Shown: one piece after another, positions 10,037 to 16,898 of the stretch
Layout of the letters: each line of letters begins with the position of its first letter
Numbering within the stretch: position 1 is the first letter of the stretch
NCBI GenBank assembly: GCA_027320085.1
Contig: DAHVLZ010000038.1
Span: 64,001-128,000, forward strand
Direction: 5' to 3'
DNA from: Pseudomonadota bacterium
Lineage (GTDB): Bacteria > Pseudomonadota > Gammaproteobacteria > JAKAQQ01
Length of the DNA: 64,000 bases
Program-made: the position numbers and the translations under genes
Notes under the pieces: model-generated
Seen by the model: the letters and a program-made list of their open reading frames with translations, nothing else
What the model was told of the DNA's origin: nothing
The model's database searches: none

Positions 10037-10354
10037 ATGAAAATTTCCGATTATCGCGAAGAAATAGATGAACTTGATCGACGGCTGGTGGCTTTGCTGG
10101 CCCAGCGTGAGCAGCTGGTTCGGCTCATCCACACCGGCAAGTCCCATGCACGGGAGCCACTTTATTCTCCTGAGCGAGAACAAGAAGTCCTCTCTCATGT
10201 GCGCCATTTGGCGGTCCAGTTTGGTCTTTCTGAATCACTGGTCGTGGAAATTTACCTCAAGATCGTCCGTAATTTCCTGGAGCCAGGGCAAGAGGAACTG
10301 TTATCGCCTCCTGAAGTGATTCTCACTGACGTTCATCATGCGGAAAATTCCTGA
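10037..10354 (+). CDS. Stand-alone AroQ-fold chorismate mutase (or PchB-like pyruvate lyase)
   Basis: 105 aa; YREEIDELDRRLVALLAQR...GK...SPEREQEVL aligns without gaps to the PheA mutase domain (R7/R24/K35/R47/E48 = R11/R28/K39/R51/E52). Confidence 0.85.
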   Translation: MKISDYREEIDELDRRLVALLAQREQLVRLIHTGKSHAREPLYSPEREQEVLSHVRHLAVQFGLSESLVVEIYLKIVRNFLEPGQEELLSPPEVILTDVHHAENS

Positions 10355-11303
10355 CAGAAAACCGCTCCAGTTAGCTCTTGGCCCGGTCCTTTATCACTGG
10401 CCGCGTGAGGTTTTGCTTGGGTTTTACCAGCAGGCTTTTGAGTGGCCAGTCGAGAGGGTTTATTTGGGCGAAGTGGTTTGCTCCAAGCGCCGTAGTTTGA
10501 GTCCTGGAGATTGGATCCAGCTGGGACGTGAAATGACGGCTGCAGGCAAGCAAGTCGTCATATCGACGCTAACCCTGATCGAAGCCGAATCGGAACTCGG
10601 CGCATTAAGCCGACTTTGCAGTGAGGTGAGCGAGCAACAAGGCATGCAAATCGAGGCCAACGATTTGGCTGCCGTCAATATTTTGGCACGGGGCCGCCTT
10701 CCCTTTGCGGGAGGGGCTGCCTTGAACGTCTATAACGAACAGACCCTGCGTCTCTTGGTGGATCAGGGCATGCAACATTGGGTGCTTCCCCTTGAGTTGG
10801 CGCAGGAAACAGCCCGGAGCCTGATCGCTTCACAAGAGGGTCGGTGTAGCAGCGAGATCTTTGCCTGGGGGCGTCTCCCCTTGGCCTGGTCGGCCCGATG
10901 CTATACCGCTCGTGCGGAGAACCGTCCCAAGGATCGGTGTGCCCATCTCTGCCTGAAGGATGCAGATGGACGTCTCCTGAAAACGCAGGATGGACAGGAT
11001 TTTCTGACCTTGAATGGAACCCAGGTCCAATCCGCACAAACCACCAATCTGGCGCCATGGCTCACAGAGATCATGCAGGCCGGAATCCAGGCTCTAAGGT
11101 TAAGCCCACAAGCTTTGCACATGGAAACCATCATTCATGATTTCGATCTTTTGCGCCATGACCCGGAGAATCCCGACGTGCTGAAGGATCTTGAGACCCG
11201 GGCTCCTGCGGGAACCTGTGATGGCTACTGGCATGGTCAGCCGGGTCTATTGTCCTTGGCAAACTCACGGGGTGGCGGTCTTGGGGTCCATGCCATACCC
11301 TGA
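10338..11303 (+). CDS. ubiV: O2-independent ubiquinone biosynthesis protein UbiV (U32 peptidase family, Fe-S)
   Basis: LALGPVLYHW, YLGEVVCSKRR, EANDL, GRLPLAWSARCYTAR, KDRCAHLC, LNGTQVQS, GYWHGQPG. Confidence 0.95.
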   Translation: MRKIPDRKPLQLALGPVLYHWPREVLLGFYQQAFEWPVERVYLGEVVCSKRRSLSPGDWIQLGREMTAAGKQVVISTLTLIEAESELGALSRLCSEVSEQQGMQIEANDLAAVNILARGRLPFAGGAALNVYNEQTLRLLVDQGMQHWVLPLELAQETARSLIASQEGRCSSEIFAWGRLPLAWSARCYTARAENRPKDRCAHLCLKDADGRLLKTQDGQDFLTLNGTQVQSAQTTNLAPWLTEIMQAGIQALRLSPQALHMETIIHDFDLLRHDPENPDVLKDLETRAPAGTCDGYWHGQPGLLSLANSRGGGLGVHAIP

Positions 11304-12837
11304 ACACGGCCTTTTTGCACAAGTCCTCGAAAGCCGCCGGTTGCCCATCTGGCGGGATCTCCGTTCTTTTCTCATGGATCTGGAATCGCGAGGTGATCTG
11401 GTGCATGTCCGCTCGGTGGTGGGAGAGCATCAGGAAATCACGGCCATCTGCCGCCAGGCCCTGCTCCGAAAGGGTCCCGCGCTGATTTTTGACCAAGTGA
11501 AAAATCAGGCTCAACCCGTTCTCGGCAATCTTTTTGGCACGCCCCAGCGAGTGGCGCGTGCTCTTCGTCTCGAATCGCCGGCCGGATTCCGGGAGGTTGG
11601 ACGATTACTGGCTTTTTTCCAGTCACCCCATCTGCCGCTGGATTGGCGACAGGGAATGCACGATGCCACCCGGTGGATGAATCTCACCTTCTTCAGGCCT
11701 CGAAAGGTTCGTGCGGCACCGTGTCAGGAAGTCATAGCCGAACACCAGGCGGTTGATCTTGATTCCCTTCCGATTCAGGTGTGCTGGCCTCATGATGTAG
11801 GACCCCTTTTGACATTTGGTCTCGTGGTGACACGTGGAACGCGGCATCCCAGAATGAATGTCGCCGTTTACCGGCAGCAAAAAATAGCCAAAAACAAGCT
11901 GATCATGCGCTGGCTGGCTCATCGGGGTGGGGCACAAGACTATCGTGACTGGGTTTTAGAGAATCCCAACCGCCCATTTCCCGTTGCTGTCGTGCTCGGT
12001 GCAGATCCGGCCATGCTCCTTGCCGCCGTGGCACCTATTCCGGAACCCCTTTCGGAATACCAGTTCGCTGGATTGTTCCGCGGAGCACGCACTGAACTGA
12101 CGCGGTGCCGAACTCACGACTTGTATGTGCCGGCACGGGCCGAAATGGTCTTGGAGGGGTACATCTACCCCGGCGAGACGGCGTTGGAGGGGCCCTTCTG
12201 CGATCATACGGGCTACTACAATGCAACTGCACAGTTTCCGGTTCTGACCGTCGAGCGGATTTGCTCACGTGACTCACCCCTTTACCACCATAGCTACATG
12301 GGTAGACCACCGGAAGATGAACCGTCGGTTCTGGCGGAAGCCTTCAACGAAATGTTTATTCCCGTTCTTCAAAACCAGTTCCCGGAAATTGTGGATTTTT
12401 ACCTACCCCCGGCCGCCTGTTCTTACCGTGTTGCCCTGGTCAGCATCCGCAAACAATATCCCGGACATGCCCGACGGATCATGATGGGGATCTGGTCCTG
12501 GCTCCGCCAGTTTACCTACACCAAATATGTTGTCGTTGTCGATGAAGACATTGATATCAGGGATGATCGACAGATGCTGTGGGCTATTTCCACCCGGGCG
12601 GATCCCGGTCGGGACACATTGATCATCAACAACACGCCAGTTGATTATCTCGACTTTGCGAGTCCGGTCAGCGATCTGGGAGGCAAGCTCGGGCTGGATG
12701 CAACCTGTAAATGGCCTGGAGAAACCGATCGTTCATGGGGTCGGGTAGCGCGCGTGGATCCGGAACTCGACCGCCACGCTTCCGCGATCTGCCAGTCTCT
12801 CGGCATGAAGGCTGCGCGAACCGCTAACGAAGAATAG
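11290..12837 (+). CDS. ubiD: 3-polyprenyl-4-hydroxybenzoate decarboxylase (UbiD family, prFMN-dependent)
   Basis: DLRSFL, NLFGTPQRVA, YRQQ, RWLAHRGGA, EGPFCDHTGYY, DYLDFASP, GLDAT; ATG 11290 overlaps the ubiV stop. Confidence 0.94.
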   Translation: MPYPEHGLFAQVLESRRLPIWRDLRSFLMDLESRGDLVHVRSVVGEHQEITAICRQALLRKGPALIFDQVKNQAQPVLGNLFGTPQRVARALRLESPAGFREVGRLLAFFQSPHLPLDWRQGMHDATRWMNLTFFRPRKVRAAPCQEVIAEHQAVDLDSLPIQVCWPHDVGPLLTFGLVVTRGTRHPRMNVAVYRQQKIAKNKLIMRWLAHRGGAQDYRDWVLENPNRPFPVAVVLGADPAMLLAAVAPIPEPLSEYQFAGLFRGARTELTRCRTHDLYVPARAEMVLEGYIYPGETALEGPFCDHTGYYNATAQFPVLTVERICSRDSPLYHHSYMGRPPEDEPSVLAEAFNEMFIPVLQNQFPEIVDFYLPPAACSYRVALVSIRKQYPGHARRIMMGIWSWLRQFTYTKYVVVVDEDIDIRDDRQMLWAISTRADPGRDTLIINNTPVDYLDFASPVSDLGGKLGLDATCKWPGETDRSWGRVARVDPELDRHASAICQSLGMKAARTANEE

Positions 12838-12892
12838 CCTGTGCCCAAACCGGCTCTAACCTTGCTGCGGGCCGGGTGAGGCTGGGAAAGGC

Positions 12893-15541
12893 CTAATCCG
12901 AGCCATCTCCGGCCAGCGTGCGGAGGACATACTTCAGGATTCCGCCATGGCGGTAGTACTCTTTCTCCTTTGGGGTGTCGAGGCGGATCCTGGCCTTGAA
13001 TCGACGGGTCTGGCCATGGTCTGAAATGGCTTCCACCACAGCCTCTGTGGCCTGGTCCTCCTGGAAACCGCTGATCTGATAGGTTTCGTGCCCGCTCAAG
13101 CCATGAACTTGGGCATTTTCCCCTGGGAGAAACTCCAAGGGTAAGATGCCCATCCCGACGAGATTAGACCGATGGATCCGTTCAAAACTCTCGGCCAGTA
13201 TAGCTTTGACGCCGAGCAGGGCAGGGCCCTTGGCCGCCCAGTCCCGGGAGGAACCGCTGCCATATTCCTTCCCGGCAATGATCACCAAAGGAATCTTCTT
13301 ATCGAGGTACCTCATGGCGGCATCATAAATGGGCAGGGTCTCCCCGGTTGCGAAACAGCGTGTCATCCCGCCCTCAACCCCCGGTACCAGAAGATTTTTC
13401 AGACGGATGTTGGCAAAGGTTCCGCGCATCATGACTTCATGATTTCCACGCCGTGCACCATAGGAGTTGAAATCCCGGGGCTCAATCCCCCTCTCCCGAA
13501 GATAATGTCCCGCGGGACTCGTTGGGGAGATGTTGCCTGCCGGTGAAATATGATCCGTCGTCACTGAATCTCCCAGCAGGGCCAGAACGCGTGCACCTTC
13601 CAGGGCCGGTTGAAGCGGAGGAAGCTTCTCGAGGCCGTCGAAAAAGGGCGGAGACTGGACATAGGTGGACTCCGGGCTCCATTCGTAATGCAATCCTTGA
13701 GCGATCTCCAGACGACTCCACTCGGGCGGTCCTTCGAAGATTTTGGCATAGCTTTCCTGGAACATTTGACCACGGAGGTGAAGCCGGACGAGCTCTTCGA
13801 TTTCTTCGGGATTCGGCCAGATTTCTGTGAGGTAAACCGGATGGCCTTGGGAGTCCATGCCCAAAGGATCGTTTTCCGGATCCAGGAGCAAAGAGCCTGC
13901 CAGGGCAAAAGCCACGACCAGAGGGGGTGAGGCGAGGAAATTGAAGCGGACCTCTGGATGAATCCGACCGTCGAAATTGCGGTTTCCGGACAGAATCGCG
14001 CCGACGGCCAGCTGTCTTTTCTGGATGAGTTCACTGATTTCCGGTTTGAGTGGACCCGAATTCCCGATGCAGGTGGTACATCCATAGCCCACCAGGCCGA
14101 AGCCGAGCGCTTCCAGGTCACCCAGGAGTCCGGCTTCCCGGAGGTAGCGTGTGACGACCGGCGATCCGGGTGCCAGGGAGGTTTTGACCCAGGGTTTGGT
14201 CTCCAAGCCGCGTTTCCGGGCATTTCGAGCCAAAAGTCCCGCCCCGATCATGACAGAAGGATTCGACGTGTTGGTACAGCTGGTGATGGCCGCAATGACG
14301 AGGTCACCGTCTGCCAAGCGCGGTTTCGTCTCCGGTGTGGGCGGTTTGCCTTTCCGGTAGTCCGTGACCTGTTGCTCCATTTTCGACTTGAGGTGAGACA
14401 GTTTGACCCGGTCCTGCGGCCGGCTGGGACCGGCCAGACTGGGTTCGACTGTGGCCAGATCAAGGCTCAACAAATCACTGTAACGGGGCTCAGGCCGACC
14501 CGGCTCATGCCAGAGGCCTTGTGCCTGGCAGTAGGCCTGGATCCGTGCAATCACGGTTTCTGACCTGCCGGTCTGGCGGAGGTAACGGAGCGTTTCCGCA
14601 TCGATGGGGAAAATTGCACAGGTCGAGCCAAATTCAGGGGACATGTTGCTGATGGTGGTCCGATCGGCCACCGGCAGAGAGGCCAGTCCGGGTCCGAAGA
14701 ACTCGACGAACTTGCCCACAACCCCCCTCCGTCGTAATAGCTCCGTCAATGTCAGCACCAGATCGGTGGCCGTGGCTCCCGGATTGAGCTTGCCGGTGAG
14801 ATTGACCCCGATGACTTCCGGGACCACCATGGTCATGGGCTGGCCCAGCATGGCCGCTTCTGCCTCGATGCCGCCAACCCCCCATCCGAGTACTCCAAGG
14901 CCATTGACCATGGTGGTATGTGAATCCGTTCCGACCAGGGTGTCGGGGTAAAGCCACCGCTTGTGGTCTTTGGACGTTTCAAAAATGACACGGGCCAGAT
15001 ATTCGATATTCACCTGGTGGACGATACCGGTATCCGGAGGAACAACCCGGAAATTCCGGAAGGCTTCCTGTCCCCAGCGCAGAAAAGCGTAGCGTTCTTG
15101 ATTGCGCTCGAACTCGCGTGCCCGGTTTTTCTCGAAGCTGTCGGGAGTTCCGTAAAAATCCACCTGTACGGAATGGTCGATCACCAGTTCGACCGGGGCC
15201 AACGGGTTGATCCGGCCAGGGTCTCCGCCCAGCTTGTTCATCGCGTCCCTCATGGCTGCAAGATCGACGATGGCCGGAACACCCGTGAAATCCTGGAGGA
15301 GGACTCGCGCCGGGGTGAAAGCCAGTTCATGCTTGCCTGCATTTTCAGGCGTCCAGGCCAGTATGGCCTGGGCATCCTCATCCCGGACCGTGATCCCGTC
15401 CCAGTTCCGGACCGTGTTTTCGAGGAGGATTTTCAGGGCATAGGGCAGTGAGGAAACCGGGGGGTGATGTCGTGCGATCTTGGGGAGCGAGATGAAGGAA
15501 TAGGTCTGATCGACAGCCAAAGTGTCATGGCTGTCATCCAT
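12893..15541 (-). CDS. acnA: Aconitate hydratase A
   Basis: ARVLLQDFTGVPAIVDLAAMR, GTDSHTT, AITSCTNTSNP, GYGCTTCIGNSG, TTDHISPAG, GSGSSRDWAAKG; start may be 15565/15568. Confidence 0.97.
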   Translation of the reverse strand: MDDSHDTLAVDQTYSFISLPKIARHHPPVSSLPYALKILLENTVRNWDGITVRDEDAQAILAWTPENAGKHELAFTPARVLLQDFTGVPAIVDLAAMRDAMNKLGGDPGRINPLAPVELVIDHSVQVDFYGTPDSFEKNRAREFERNQERYAFLRWGQEAFRNFRVVPPDTGIVHQVNIEYLARVIFETSKDHKRWLYPDTLVGTDSHTTMVNGLGVLGWGVGGIEAEAAMLGQPMTMVVPEVIGVNLTGKLNPGATATDLVLTLTELLRRRGVVGKFVEFFGPGLASLPVADRTTISNMSPEFGSTCAIFPIDAETLRYLRQTGRSETVIARIQAYCQAQGLWHEPGRPEPRYSDLLSLDLATVEPSLAGPSRPQDRVKLSHLKSKMEQQVTDYRKGKPPTPETKPRLADGDLVIAAITSCTNTSNPSVMIGAGLLARNARKRGLETKPWVKTSLAPGSPVVTRYLREAGLLGDLEALGFGLVGYGCTTCIGNSGPLKPEISELIQKRQLAVGAILSGNRNFDGRIHPEVRFNFLASPPLVVAFALAGSLLLDPENDPLGMDSQGHPVYLTEIWPNPEEIEELVRLHLRGQMFQESYAKIFEGPPEWSRLEIAQGLHYEWSPESTYVQSPPFFDGLEKLPPLQPALEGARVLALLGDSVTTDHISPAGNISPTSPAGHYLRERGIEPRDFNSYGARRGNHEVMMRGTFANIRLKNLLVPGVEGGMTRCFATGETLPIYDAAMRYLDKKIPLVIIAGKEYGSGSSRDWAAKGPALLGVKAILAESFERIHRSNLVGMGILPLEFLPGENAQVHGLSGHETYQISGFQEDQATEAVVEAISDHGQTRRFKARIRLDTPKEKEYYRHGGILKYVLRTLAGDGSD

Positions 15542-15639
15542 GAAAACGGCCTTTCTGCGGGTCATCAAGGAGAGATCCTCGGCTAGGGCAAAGGAAGAAG
15601 ATGTCCCAAATTATACGACTGAAGGGGATCCCGGTCTCG

Positions 15640-16815
15640 TCACTCGTTCCCTTCCGGGTCGGGTTTGGATCTGGAACTCCAATCAGTCCATTCGGGGGAG
15701 GGGATGGGGTGAGTCTCTGAGCCGGTTTCCGCAATGACTCCGCCCCCTCGACACCATTCGCCCTGGTAAAAGACGAAGAACTGGCCTGGCGTCGGCGCAA
15801 AAACGGGGCTCTCAAACGAAACCGTGGCAGGTCCCTCATCTGTCCAGTCGAGTTCACAGGCGATGTCAGCCTGCTGATAGCGGGTTTTCCCGGACCCCCT
15901 GATGATTCCGGGTTGCGGAGTTTCGCCGATCCAATGAAAACCGGAAAGCGGAATCCGATTCATCCAAAGATTGGGATGGTGGGGATTTTGTGTGACTCGA
16001 AGAAGGTTGTGCGACAGGTCTTTCTCGTAGATGTACCAGGATGCTTCCCGACCTCCACGGATGCCTCCGATGCCGAGACCCCTGCGCTGGCCCAGGCTGA
16101 AATAAAAAGACCCGGGATGTGTTCCCACCGTTCGTCCGCTCTCATCCAGGATCAGTCCAGGTGTACCCGGGAGGTAGCGGGACAGCCACTCGCGGAATGG
16201 TTTTTCGCCGATAAAGCAGATTCCTGTACTGTCCCTTTTCGCATGATTGGGTAAGCCCCTCAGCCGGGCCAGCTCACGAACCTCTGACTTTGTGAGATGA
16301 CCGATGGGAAACAGGCAGTTTTCAAGCTGGCATGAGGTGAGTTGGTTCAGGAAGTAGGTTTGATCCTTTCTGTGGTCATGGCTGCGCAAGAGACGATGAG
16401 GCTGTCGGTCCCTTTCGAGGCGTGCATAGTGTCCGGTGGCCAAATGGGTGGCACCCAGCCGGTGGGCATGTTCCCAGAGCAGGCCGAATTTGATCTCCCG
16501 GTTACACCAGACGTCCGGGTTGGGGACGAGTCCGGACTCATAGGCCAGAAGAAAAGGCTGGAAAACCCGTTCCCGGTAGGCAGGTGCGAAGCAAGCCCGG
16601 TGCAGCGGGATCTCCAAGAGATCCGCCACCCGGTGGGCATCCTGGAAATCTTGCGCGGACGGACAGTCTTCCCCGGCTTCCTCTTCCCAGTTGTGCATGT
16701 AGAGGGCCTCGACGGACCAGCCAGCCTCCTTGAGTAAAAGTGCGGAAACGGCGGAATCCACCCCACCGGACAAGGCAACAAGGACCAGTTGATCGGCAGA
16801 TGTCTCGGGAAGCAT
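15640..16815 (-). CDS. mnmA: tRNA-specific 2-thiouridylase
   Basis: ALSGGVDS, PNPDVWCNREIKF, ATGHYAR, KDQTYFL, DSTGICFIG, GQRRGLGIGG, TPGQ. Confidence 0.96.
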   Translation of the reverse strand: MLPETSADQLVLVALSGGVDSAVSALLLKEAGWSVEALYMHNWEEEAGEDCPSAQDFQDAHRVADLLEIPLHRACFAPAYRERVFQPFLLAYESGLVPNPDVWCNREIKFGLLWEHAHRLGATHLATGHYARLERDRQPHRLLRSHDHRKDQTYFLNQLTSCQLENCLFPIGHLTKSEVRELARLRGLPNHAKRDSTGICFIGEKPFREWLSRYLPGTPGLILDESGRTVGTHPGSFYFSLGQRRGLGIGGIRGGREASWYIYEKDLSHNLLRVTQNPHHPNLWMNRIPLSGFHWIGETPQPGIIRGSGKTRYQQADIACELDWTDEGPATVSFESPVFAPTPGQFFVFYQGEWCRGGGVIAETGSETHPIPSPEWTDWSSRSKPDPEGNE

Positions 16816-16850
16816 GAGGTCATTCTATCCCGGAGGGCGTGAATGAGGCC

Positions 16851-16879
16851 AAAAAAAAGGGGCGCCTTGGGCGCCCCTT
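16851..16879 (-). terminator. Rho-independent terminator of the subtilase gene
   Basis: AAGGGGCGCC-TTG-GGCGCCCCTT hairpin next to an A8 run (U-tract on the minus strand), 20 nt after the stop. Confidence 0.85.
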
Positions 16880-16898
16880 GAAGCTTGGAAGTGGTGTT

